From the IMG/VR virus record IMGVR_UViG_3300031857_011362, positions 1-64,000 of that record: DNA of 64,000 nucleotides. The stretch is one strand, 5' to 3'. Every line of letters begins with the position of its first letter. The first letter of the stretch is position 1. Position numbers and translations under genes: made by a program. The notes under the pieces were generated by a model. The model saw only the letters and a list, made by a program, of their open reading frames with translations, did not search any database and was not told where the DNA came from. This stretch comes from a virus. Positions 30,419 to 39,980 of the stretch are shown piece by piece.

Positions 30419-32988
30419 GTCAAACAAAAATAGATATTTCAAACTTATCAGATGCTGTAATTGCAGCATTGTCTGTGCCAAAAATTACCTCGATAACATA
30501 TCCAGGAGATGATACTGCTGCAAACCCAACTGGCGGGCAAGAGATCATTCTTACTGGTTCAGGATTTGGTACTGGTGCAATTGTACATGTTGCAGGTGTT
30601 CCTGTATCAGTATCATCAGTGGTAAATAATAATACTCTCTCTTTCACTAGTCCAGCTAAATCTACTGGTACATATTCATTGGCAGTCATTAACACAGACG
30701 GTGGAATTGCTACTTCTATTTCTAACATAGAATATTCCGGTGTACCAGCTTGGTCAACCCCTGCGGGCACACTAGGTACATTATATGAAGCATCATCCAT
30801 TAATGCACAATTAACCGCAACTAGTGACAGCACAGTAACATATGCAGTCACTGCAGGGGTTTTACCCACCGGTGGTTCATTAAATTCATCTACTGGTGCA
30901 CTGACTGGTACAGCATCTTTGGTTGGTTCTTCAACTACTTATAGTTTTACAATAGATGCGGTTGATGCAGAACAACAGGACACTAGCAGAAATTTCAGTT
31001 TTACAGTCAATCCAGACGTAGTTACTTGGTCATCACCTGCTGAAGGTGCAACATTGACTGGCACTCAAGACACTGCATTTAGTCAAGAATTGAGTGCAAC
31101 TAGTGCAGCAGGTAGGACAATTTCATATTCCGCAAATGCATTACCGTCTGGATTAAGCATCAGTGGATCAACCATTACCGGAACACCTACTGTAGGTTAT
31201 TCTAGTTCATCACTAATAACTGCGACAGCCGCAACTACAGGTAGAACTGCAACTAGAACATTTGTTTGGAATATTGCTTCACTTGCACCTACTTACACCA
31301 TAACACCGGCATCTTCAAGTGTTAATGAGGGTTCAGCATTGACATTTAATGTTGGTGGAACAAATATTACCAATGGAACATATTACTGGTCAATTAATAA
31401 TACCACTACTGCGGCTGGTGATTTTTCTGGCTCAGTAACTTCTGGTTCATTTACAATAACCTCTAATGCTGGTTCATTTACTGTAACAGCAACGGCTGAT
31501 GCAACAACAGAAGGAGCAGAAACATTTACGGTGTCATTGAGAACTGGTAGTACCAGTGGTACCATAGTTGCAACAAGTAGTACTGTAACTATTAATGATA
31601 CTAGTTTAACACCTACTTACACCATAACACCGGCATCTTCAAGTGTTAATGAAGGTACATCATTGACATTTACTGCAGGTGGAACAAATATTACCAATGG
31701 AACATATTACTGGTCAATTAATAATATCTCAACTGCGGCTGGTGATTTTTCAGCTAGTACTGGTTCATTTACAATAACATCAAATGCTGGTTCATTTAAT
31801 GTAACAGCAACGGCTGATGTAACAACAGAAGGTGCTCAAACATTTACAGTGTCATTGAGAACTGGTAGTGTTAGTGGTACCATAGTTGCAACAAGTAGCA
31901 CTGTAACTATTAATGATACTAGTTTGACTCTTTGGTCACCAATATCTGGTAAATTATTCACATGGGGCAGGAATGACTATGGCCAAATGGGTATCGGTGT
32001 TACTGGTGGAGGACTCTCTCCTACTCAAGTCGGTGCATTATCTACCTGGGTAAAAATTGACGGCGGCAATACAAGAACTGCAGGATTCAAAAATGATGGT
32101 ACTATGTGGACCTGGGGAACTTATGCCGATCAGGTTAGCGGATCATGGATTGATAGATCATCTCCCGTCCAAGTTGGTACAGAAACTAATTGGCGCGATA
32201 TGGCAGCAGGGACGTTTCACACCCTAGGAGTAAAAGACACCGGTACATTATGGGGCTGGGGAGTGCAGCAGCAAGGAGAAATTGTCAATCCAGGGCAATT
32301 CCCCTTACCTCAGCAGATAGGTACATTAACTAATTGGTCATCAGTTGGCGCCGCGTCATATTCATCGGCAGCTATCAAGACAGATGGTACACTGTGGACC
32401 TGGGGACAGAATGATTTTGGACAATTGGGATTAGGAACCACAATAAATATTTCAAGTCCTCAGCAAGTTGGTGCATTAACTAATTGGTATCAGGTTAGTG
32501 TGGGCAGTTCGAAATATATGATGGCTCTCAAGACAAATGGTACACTTTGGGCATGGGGTAACGGTGCTTGGGGCCAACTGGGCCTAGGTAGCGGAACCAA
32601 CGTTACTAGCCCGGTACAAATTGGTGCATTAACTAATTGGTCAAGTATTTCCGCCGGCGGATACACCTCAGCAGCAATCAACACGTCCAACGCATTGTGG
32701 GTCTGGGGAATTAACAACTATGGGGGGTTAGGACAAGGTGACACTATTAGCCGCTCTAGTCCTGTACAAGTTGGAACTGATTATTCTAAAGTTGCTGCAA
32801 ACTTTTCTCGCATAGCAGCTATTAAAACGAACGGTACTCTATGGGCTTGGGGTATCGGAGACAATGGCGGCGGCGGCGTGGGAGATGGTACTTCTTTAAA
32901 TAGATTTAGTCCAACTCAGATTGGTGCACTAACTACCTGGCTAAATGTATATTCACCAGAGAACACCAATGGGGCAATTAGGTCCTAA
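30415..32988 (+). CDS. IPT/Ig/2x Calx-beta-like stalk plus 7-blade RCC1 protein
   Basis: Seven WxWG repeats; tandem duplicated NEGS..TINDTS module; ATGA overlap. Confidence 0.85.
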   Translation: MSQTKIDISNLSDAVIAALSVPKITSITYPGDDTAANPTGGQEIILTGSGFGTGAIVHVAGVPVSVSSVVNNNTLSFTSPAKSTGTYSLAVINTDGGIATSISNIEYSGVPAWSTPAGTLGTLYEASSINAQLTATSDSTVTYAVTAGVLPTGGSLNSSTGALTGTASLVGSSTTYSFTIDAVDAEQQDTSRNFSFTVNPDVVTWSSPAEGATLTGTQDTAFSQELSATSAAGRTISYSANALPSGLSISGSTITGTPTVGYSSSSLITATAATTGRTATRTFVWNIASLAPTYTITPASSSVNEGSALTFNVGGTNITNGTYYWSINNTTTAAGDFSGSVTSGSFTITSNAGSFTVTATADATTEGAETFTVSLRTGSTSGTIVATSSTVTINDTSLTPTYTITPASSSVNEGTSLTFTAGGTNITNGTYYWSINNISTAAGDFSASTGSFTITSNAGSFNVTATADVTTEGAQTFTVSLRTGSVSGTIVATSSTVTINDTSLTLWSPISGKLFTWGRNDYGQMGIGVTGGGLSPTQVGALSTWVKIDGGNTRTAGFKNDGTMWTWGTYADQVSGSWIDRSSPVQVGTETNWRDMAAGTFHTLGVKDTGTLWGWGVQQQGEIVNPGQFPLPQQIGTLTNWSSVGAASYSSAAIKTDGTLWTWGQNDFGQLGLGTTINISSPQQVGALTNWYQVSVGSSKYMMALKTNGTLWAWGNGAWGQLGLGSGTNVTSPVQIGALTNWSSISAGGYTSAAINTSNALWVWGINNYGGLGQGDTISRSSPVQVGTDYSKVAANFSRIAAIKTNGTLWAWGIGDNGGGGVGDGTSLNRFSPTQIGALTTWLNVYSPENTNGAIRS

Positions 32989-33041
32989 CTGATAATCAGA
33001 CTACTACCATTCTAAAAGAATAAAAGATAAAAGGATAATAA

Positions 33042-35195
33042 ATGGCCATTACTAGACTCCCCGGTTTCATTATAGACAGTACAACTTCGTTTACGTTTGC
33101 AAATGTAAGTGTGACGAGTAATGTCACGGCTAGTAATGCTAATTTAGGAAACGCAGCAACCGCAAACTTCTTTATAGGTAACGGTAGTCTATTGACAGGT
33201 ATCATTGCATCTGGTGGTACAGCAACTAAAACAGCAAATGGTACAAGTAACGTAGATATTACAACTGCTAATGGCAACATTACAATGGGTGTTGGTGGAA
33301 CCGGTAATGTAGTTATTGTAACTACCACTGGTGTTAATGTTGCAGGTACATTAAATGCGACTGGTAATCTAACAGCCGCTAATGCTAACTTGGGTAATCT
33401 AGTAATAGCTAATTTCTTTGCCGGTAATGGTAGTTCATTAACATCTATCACTGGTGCTAACGTAACAGGCGGAGTTAGTTTTGCGGCAACTGCAAATGCA
33501 GTAGCTGGTGCTAATGTCTCAGGTGCAGTAGCATATGCAACAACTGCTAACGCAGTAGCCGGCGCTAATGTCTCTGGACAAGTAGCTAATGCATTGGTCG
33601 CTGGTACTGTATATACTGCGGCCCAGCCAAATATCACCAGTGTTGGTACATTAACTAGTTTGGCTGTAACAGGTAATATCACATCTGGTAATGCTAACTT
33701 AGGTAACTTAGTTACAGCTAATTTCTTTACTGGTAACGGTAGTTTATTAAGTTCATTAACTTTTGGTAATATCACAACTTTCAGTACTGCCGGAATAACT
33801 ACAGATGAATTATATCTACCTAGTACAACACGGCTAAATGTCACTGCTAGTGGATCAAGTGGATATCTATTTGACCAACACGGCGCTACAATAAATCCTG
33901 CAATATATGTTACTAGTGGTCAAACATTGGCATTTAACTTAAATGTATCTGGTCATCCATTTTTAATTCAAACAAGTGGTGGTGCAAACTATAATGTTGG
34001 TTTAGAACATGTTGATAGTACAGGAACAGTATTAACTACTAGTTCAGCACAAGGACAAGTAGCAGGAACATTATACTGGAAGATACCGTATGGCATAACA
34101 GGTAATTACAAATATATATGCTCTATTCATGGTGGGATGAATGGTAATATTGTTGTAACCGACGCAAATGTTGCGAACATAACTGTTGGATTGGCAACAT
34201 ATGCTACTACAGCTAATGCAGTAGCAGGAGCTAATGTCTCTGGTCAAGTAGGCAATGCATTAATCGCAGACACAGTTTATACTGCGGCTCAACCTAATAT
34301 TACAAGTGTCGGCACATTAACAAGTTTAGCCGTTACTGGTAATATCACATCTGGCAACGCTAATTTAGGTAATGCAGTCACTGCTAATTACTTTATTGGT
34401 GACGGTAGTATGTTGACTGGTATTACTGGTGGTGGCGGTGGTGGCGGCACCCCCGGCGGGGCAAACACTTATATTCAGTTCAATGACGGTAGTGTTTTTG
34501 CAGGTAATGCAGGTTTAACTTTTAATAAAACAAATACTGTTCTTACTGCAAATAATTTAGTAGTAACGGCGACCACTAACTTAGGAGCTGTTAGTAACAT
34601 TACAGTTACTGGCGGCGTGGGTGGTCAAGTACTTGGTACTAATGGTAGCAATATTCTGTCTTGGATTACTCCAGCAACAACTTCAATCACATCGACAACT
34701 GGTATTACGGTTGATACATTTACAGGTGATGGTTCAACTGTAGTGTTCCCTTTAAGTGTTACCCCAGCAACTATTACGCAAACTCAAGTTAACTATAACG
34801 GTGTGTTGCAATTGCGTTCTGCATATACACTGACTGGTTCGACTATTATATTCTCAACTGCGCCAATAAGTGGGTCATTAATTGAAATCACAACGACACA
34901 GGGAGTTAGTGCAACTTCGGGTTCATACGGAGTGCGTTCATACACTGGTACAGGTTCACTAACTACATTTACAGTAACAAATGGCTCAACTACTAGTAGT
35001 GTGCTTGTTACAGAAAACGGAGTATTACAAACCCCAACAACTGATTACACGGTATCAGGTACTGTACTAACCTTCACTACAGCACCGGCTAATGGGGTGT
35101 CAATACAAATTAGAGAGCTTGGTATTTTCGTAGTAAATACCACATCACCTACAACGACTGACATATTAAGTCCGTTCTTATTGATGGGAGCTTAA
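33042..35195 (+). CDS. Fibre/baseplate-like protein with a cupredoxin-like domain
   Basis: Mosaic of 21939-like and 27911-like segments; GHPF...CSIHGGM. Confidence 0.75.
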   Translation: MAITRLPGFIIDSTTSFTFANVSVTSNVTASNANLGNAATANFFIGNGSLLTGIIASGGTATKTANGTSNVDITTANGNITMGVGGTGNVVIVTTTGVNVAGTLNATGNLTAANANLGNLVIANFFAGNGSSLTSITGANVTGGVSFAATANAVAGANVSGAVAYATTANAVAGANVSGQVANALVAGTVYTAAQPNITSVGTLTSLAVTGNITSGNANLGNLVTANFFTGNGSLLSSLTFGNITTFSTAGITTDELYLPSTTRLNVTASGSSGYLFDQHGATINPAIYVTSGQTLAFNLNVSGHPFLIQTSGGANYNVGLEHVDSTGTVLTTSSAQGQVAGTLYWKIPYGITGNYKYICSIHGGMNGNIVVTDANVANITVGLATYATTANAVAGANVSGQVGNALIADTVYTAAQPNITSVGTLTSLAVTGNITSGNANLGNAVTANYFIGDGSMLTGITGGGGGGGTPGGANTYIQFNDGSVFAGNAGLTFNKTNTVLTANNLVVTATTNLGAVSNITVTGGVGGQVLGTNGSNILSWITPATTSITSTTGITVDTFTGDGSTVVFPLSVTPATITQTQVNYNGVLQLRSAYTLTGSTIIFSTAPISGSLIEITTTQGVSATSGSYGVRSYTGTGSLTTFTVTNGSTTSSVLVTENGVLQTPTTDYTVSGTVLTFTTAPANGVSIQIRELGIFVVNTTSPTTTDILSPFLLMGA

Positions 35196-35201
35196 TAAAT
35201 A
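35194..35201 (+). promoter_or_regulatory. Late promoter-like AATAAATA, 4 nt before ATG
   Basis: TAAATA-CAGC-ATG. Confidence 0.55.
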
Positions 35202-35205
35202 CAGC

Positions 35206-35826
35206 ATGGCAATAACATACAAAGTCCTTGGACAAATCAACCCCTCAGCAGCCACAGCTACTACCTTGTACACAGTGCCAGCCACTGTGAGCGCAGTGGT
35301 CAGTACCATTGTGATGTGCAATCAAGCAGCCACTGCAACTACATTTAGTTTGTTAATTAGACCAGCTGGTGCCACGGCTGACACTAAGCATTACTTGAAC
35401 TTTAACACTGCTATCTCAGCTAATGATATGATTCCATTAACACTGGGATTGACATTAGCACCAACTGATGTGTTGACTGCTAGTTCAGCATCGGGTAGTG
35501 TCAGCTTCAGTGCATTTGGTGCAGAAAGCACATTGGCAATCGGACCAGCACCCATCATCACACACTTGTACATAACTAACAGCAATTATGTGACACAAGT
35601 AGAAACAGTATTGCCTCTTGGGGGTGGATACATTAAATTGATTGGCATAGGGTTTGAGTCTGGTTGCGTAATTTATATCAACGGTGTTGCAGTTACTACC
35701 ACTGTAGTAAGCAGCACTGAACTTCGTACAGAACTATCTGCAAGAACAGCGGGCACATACTCAGTAATGGCGTTTAACACAACCGGCTCTGGTGCTATCT
35801 ATGCTAATGGCATTGTTTATTCGTAA
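35206..35826 (+). CDS. Domain-A plus IPT protein; probable RCC1-less deletion derivative of the 37637 type
   Basis: Colinear with the first ~207 aa of 37637 and stops at the IPT boundary. Confidence 0.7.
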   Translation: MAITYKVLGQINPSAATATTLYTVPATVSAVVSTIVMCNQAATATTFSLLIRPAGATADTKHYLNFNTAISANDMIPLTLGLTLAPTDVLTASSASGSVSFSAFGAESTLAIGPAPIITHLYITNSNYVTQVETVLPLGGGYIKLIGIGFESGCVIYINGVAVTTTVVSSTELRTELSARTAGTYSVMAFNTTGSGAIYANGIVYS

Positions 35827-35908
35827 TGCCATATTAGCCATTGTTAATTAAAAAGAAGAACAAAAATGAACTTTAACCTCTATCTAGACGAATAAACAGG
35901 AACAAATT

Positions 35909-37573
35909 ATGACAACAAAACTAACAATAGCTAACTTAGATTCTTCGTTAGCATCAATTCTACCAATAGTAACTGCTGTGTCAGTGTGTGACGTTAATGG
36001 AACTGTTTTACCAGACTTGGTATTAAGACCCACTGGCGGCCACTTAAAACTAACTGGTTCTAATTTTGTCACTGGTTGCATACTGTATGTAAACGGTTTG
36101 CCTGCTACAGCTACAACTGTTATAAGTGCAACCGAAGTTCGTGTTCAGATGCCAGCACTGGCTGTGGGAACATATTCAATCATGCTGTTCAACACTGCTA
36201 CTGTTGCTGCAATTTGGGTGGCTGGTATAGTATACTCAGCCGCACCCGTTTGGACTACTAGTTCATACAGTAACTCTGGTAATGTGGTCAATGTTCAATT
36301 ATTGACAACGGGTGATGTACCATTAATCTATAGCTTACAAGCGGGAAGTACATTACCGACTGGTGTTACATTAAGTAGCTCTGGATTATTATCAGGTACT
36401 GCTACCGAAATATCAAGTACAACCACAGTTACATTCACTGTGGTAGTGACTGATCTACAGTCGCAATCTACTCCTCAATTGATCAGTCTATCGATGACGT
36501 TTTATATTGGTAAGTTGTGGATGTGGGGCCGTAACACCAACGGCCAGCTTGGTGACAATACAACTATTAATAAGTCTTCGCCTGTTCAAATTGGTGCACA
36601 AACCGAATGGAATTTAATTGACGGCGGCGGCCAGGGATTTACTGCATCTATTAAAACAGATGGTACGTTGTGGTCATGGGGTAACAATAGTTATGGGCCA
36701 TTAGGTTTAGGAAATACTACATCTTATTCTAGTCCAAAACAGATTGGTTCATTAACTACTTGGTCAAGTATGACTCTTGGCTGGTCGCATATTGCAGCAA
36801 TTAAAACGGATGGAACACTTTGGACATGGGGAAAAAATGGGTCTGGCCAACTCGGTTTGAGCAATTCTACATCTTATTCTAGTCCAAAACAGATTGGTAC
36901 CCTCGCAGATTGGGTAAGGGTATCCAGTAACTATAACCATACTGTTGCAATAAAAACGAACTACACTCTTTGGGCATGGGGTCTCAATACCTCGGGGCAA
37001 CTTGGCGACAATACTACTGCTAATAAATTAAGTCCGGTGCAAATTGGCACATTAACCGACTGGGCAAATGTCAGTGCAGGGTTCCAGTATACTATAGCAA
37101 TTAAAACAAATGGTACCCTTTGGGCTTGGGGTAGGAATGGCTATGGTCAATTGGGAGATAATACTATAATAAACCGATCTAGTCCAGTACAAGTCGGCGC
37201 ACTAACTACCTGGACAAGTTCCGATTCTACCCTCGCATCGGGGTTGTATCACAATGTAGCAATTAAAACAGACGGCACACTATGGGCCTGGGGCCGGAAT
37301 TATTTAGGAAGAATCGGGGACGGCACAACTATCAATAGGTCTAGTCCGGTGCAGTTAGGTGCAATCACCAATTGGTTAAAAGTTAGCGCCGGCAACTATC
37401 ACAGTATCGCAACTAGGACAACTGGGACATTATGGGCATGGGGAGATGGTTGGTATGGGCAAATCGGTGACAACGCCAATACTACCAAAACTGGCCCAAC
37501 GCAAGTTGGCACGCTTACTAATTGGTTAAATATTGGTGCCGGTTCCTATCACAGTATGGCAGTTTCTGCCTAA
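35909..37573 (+). CDS. IPT/Ig plus 7-blade RCC1 protein
   Basis: Seven WxWG repeats. Confidence 0.85.
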   Translation: MTTKLTIANLDSSLASILPIVTAVSVCDVNGTVLPDLVLRPTGGHLKLTGSNFVTGCILYVNGLPATATTVISATEVRVQMPALAVGTYSIMLFNTATVAAIWVAGIVYSAAPVWTTSSYSNSGNVVNVQLLTTGDVPLIYSLQAGSTLPTGVTLSSSGLLSGTATEISSTTTVTFTVVVTDLQSQSTPQLISLSMTFYIGKLWMWGRNTNGQLGDNTTINKSSPVQIGAQTEWNLIDGGGQGFTASIKTDGTLWSWGNNSYGPLGLGNTTSYSSPKQIGSLTTWSSMTLGWSHIAAIKTDGTLWTWGKNGSGQLGLSNSTSYSSPKQIGTLADWVRVSSNYNHTVAIKTNYTLWAWGLNTSGQLGDNTTANKLSPVQIGTLTDWANVSAGFQYTIAIKTNGTLWAWGRNGYGQLGDNTIINRSSPVQVGALTTWTSSDSTLASGLYHNVAIKTDGTLWAWGRNYLGRIGDGTTINRSSPVQLGAITNWLKVSAGNYHSIATRTTGTLWAWGDGWYGQIGDNANTTKTGPTQVGTLTNWLNIGAGSYHSMAVSA

Positions 37574-37643
37574 TTGCCAGGCCAGATCTGGAAACCTCGA
37601 CAACTGCACTACTAGTACAAAATTAATAAATACATCATGGCAA
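37571..37643 (+). repeat. Duplicated intergenic/promoter segment, copy 1
   Basis: 67/73 nt identical to 39585-39657; contains AATAAATA-N4-ATG. Confidence 0.9.
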
Positions 37644-39583
37644 TATCATATCTAGTTCTTGGTCAAATAATTCCCCCTGCTAATGCGGCTACTAATCTAT
37701 ACACAGTTCCGCCTTATATCAGCACAGTGGTCAGTACAATTGCAGTGTGCAATCAAGCAAATACTCCCACTACATTTAGTTTGTCAATTAGGCCGGCTGG
37801 AGCTAATGTAGAAACCAAACACTATTTAAATTACAACACTGCAATAGCCGGGAATGATACTATTGCATTGACACTGGGTATCACACTGGCAACCACAGAT
37901 GTAATCACTGCTACTTCTGCCTCGGGCACGGTCAGTTTTGTTGCATTTGGTGCAGAGACTGGTACATTGCCTGTGATAGTTGCTCCTGTTATTAACACGA
38001 TTGCTATCACTGATAGTTCTTATAGTACGATAAGTGCTACTGCTGTTGCATTAAGTGGTGGATATATTAAAATATTGGGTTCGGGATTTACACCTAGCTC
38101 AGTTGCATATTTGGGTGGAGTTGTTGCCACAACCACTACTTATATTAGTCCTGCTGAAGTCAGAGTACAATTGCCTGCAAAAACAGCAGGTACTCATTCA
38201 TTGATGTTGTTTACCGATATAGGCCTAGGAGCTATCTACGCTAATGGTGTGGTATATTCACCGACTCCAATATGGACATTTAGTTCTTACACCAATCCTA
38301 ATTTTAATAATATAGTTAACGTGCAGTTACTTGCAACTGGCGACGTGCCTTTGGTATACAGCTTGCAAAGTGGAAGTTCATTGCCAACTGGCGTTACACT
38401 AAGTTCGACTGGATTGATATCAGGTACTGCCACTGAAATTACTAGTACGACTACATTTACATTTACAGTAGTCGTGAGCGACCTGCAACTACAAACAGCA
38501 CCGCAATTGATTAGCTTGAGTATGACAGTTTATACTGGTATTATGTGGTCATGGGGCGCCGGCGGAAATGGCACCCTGGGGTTAGGCAATACTACATCTT
38601 ATTCTAGTCCAAAACAGATTGGTTCATTAACTGCTTGGTCAAAAGTTTCTGCAGGCTCCGCCCATGGGCTGGCCATCAAATTTGATGGTACTATGTGGTC
38701 ATGGGGTAGCGGTGGATCCGGCAAACTGGGGTTAGGCAATACTACATCTTATTCTAGTCCAGTACAGATTGGTTCATTAACTACTTGGTCAAGTATTTCT
38801 GCAAGTGATAGCAGCATAGCCGTCAAAACAGATGGTACCATGTGGTCATGGGGTACCAATGTTTGGGGTACTTTAGGTTTAAGCAATACTACATCTTATT
38901 CTAGTCCAAAACAGATTGGTTCATTAACTACTTGGTCAAATGTTTCTGCAGGTCAACGTCACGCCTTGGCCGTTAAAACAGATGGTACCATGTGGACATG
39001 GGGTAGCAATAGTTATGGGCAATTAGGTTTAAGCAATACTACATATTATTCTAGTCCAAAACAGATTGGTTCATTAACTACTTGGTCAAAAGTTTCTGCA
39101 GGTTTTAGTCACACCTTGGTCGTTAAAACAGATGGTACCATGTGGTCTTGGGGGCAAAATAGCTATGGGCAATTAGGTTTAGGTAATACTACATCTTATT
39201 CTAGTCCAAAACAGATTGGTTCATTAACTGCTTGGTCAAAAGTTTCTGTAGGTAATTATGGCAGCATGGCCATTAAAACAGATGGTACCATGTGGTCTTG
39301 GGGTTACAACATTGGTCAACTAGGATTAGGAGATACTATACGTAGATCCAGTCCAGTACAAGTTGGTGCATTAACTACTTGGTTAAATGTATCTGCCGGT
39401 AAGTATTACAGTGCAGCCATTAAAACAGATGGTACATTATGGGCTTGGGGTCGCAATTACGTCGGGCAATTAGGATTAGGCAATACTGCAAATACATCTA
39501 GTCCAGTACAGATTGGTGCGTTAACTACTTGGGCAAGTATTTCTGCGGGTCTTGGTAATTTTAGTTACGCAACTAGCAACTAA
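37637..39583 (+). CDS. Domain-A/IPT/Ig plus 7-blade RCC1 protein
   Basis: Seven WxWG repeats whose frameworks are nearly identical at nucleotide level. Confidence 0.85.
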   Translation: MAISYLVLGQIIPPANAATNLYTVPPYISTVVSTIAVCNQANTPTTFSLSIRPAGANVETKHYLNYNTAIAGNDTIALTLGITLATTDVITATSASGTVSFVAFGAETGTLPVIVAPVINTIAITDSSYSTISATAVALSGGYIKILGSGFTPSSVAYLGGVVATTTTYISPAEVRVQLPAKTAGTHSLMLFTDIGLGAIYANGVVYSPTPIWTFSSYTNPNFNNIVNVQLLATGDVPLVYSLQSGSSLPTGVTLSSTGLISGTATEITSTTTFTFTVVVSDLQLQTAPQLISLSMTVYTGIMWSWGAGGNGTLGLGNTTSYSSPKQIGSLTAWSKVSAGSAHGLAIKFDGTMWSWGSGGSGKLGLGNTTSYSSPVQIGSLTTWSSISASDSSIAVKTDGTMWSWGTNVWGTLGLSNTTSYSSPKQIGSLTTWSNVSAGQRHALAVKTDGTMWTWGSNSYGQLGLSNTTYYSSPKQIGSLTTWSKVSAGFSHTLVVKTDGTMWSWGQNSYGQLGLGNTTSYSSPKQIGSLTAWSKVSVGNYGSMAIKTDGTMWSWGYNIGQLGLGDTIRRSSPVQVGALTTWLNVSAGKYYSAAIKTDGTLWAWGRNYVGQLGLGNTANTSSPVQIGALTTWASISAGLGNFSYATSN

Positions 39584-39584
39584 C

Positions 39585-39657
39585 TAATTGCCTGGCCAGG
39601 TCTGAAAACCTCGATAACTACACTACTAGTACAAAATTAATAAATACAGCATGGCAA
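39585..39657 (+). repeat. Duplicated intergenic/promoter segment, copy 2
   Basis: Matches 37571-37643 with the same 66-nt distance to the ATG. Confidence 0.9.
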
Positions 39658-39980
39658 ACACATATAAAATCTTAGGACAAGTCAACACAGCAGTTGACAC
39701 ACTGACCACACTGTACACAGTGCCAGTCGCAACCAGTACCATTATCAGTACTTTAGCAGTGTGCAATCAAGCAAACACTGCATCTACATACAGTATAGCA
39801 ATCAGACCGGCTGGAGCGGCAATAGACTCTAGGCACTATATCAACTACAACACCACTGTGCCAGCCAATGACACAGTGACACTAGCTATTGGCATAACAC
39901 TAGGTGCAACTGATGTAATCACAGTGAGTTCAAATTCCGTATTGGTCAGTTTTCTAGCATTCGGAAGTGAGATTTCGTAA
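39651..39980 (+). CDS. Stand-alone domain-A structural protein
   Basis: 109 aa, homologous to the N-termini of 35206 and 37637. Confidence 0.75.
   Translation: MANTYKILGQVNTAVDTLTTLYTVPVATSTIISTLAVCNQANTASTYSIAIRPAGAAIDSRHYINYNTTVPANDTVTLAIGITLGATDVITVSSNSVLVSFLAFGSEIS

Noticed and set aside
5668-34000. Many long minus-strand ORFs, e.g. 15366-16433, 32996-33844 and 7603-8172
   Set aside because: They are antisense shadows of Asn/Thr/Gly/Val-rich + strand genes whose codon bias avoids reverse-strand stops; their translations are low-information (LPV/TLA repeats) and lack SD signals.
4541-35195. Very frequent N-x-S/T sequons as evidence of N-glycosylation
   Set aside because: Explained by Asn-ladder beta-repeat composition; no oligosaccharyltransferase in the window.
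36700-39500. CRISPR-like pattern of constant repeats with variable spacers
   Set aside because: The units are in-frame codons of ~50-aa RCC1 blades inside intact ORFs; no cas genes.
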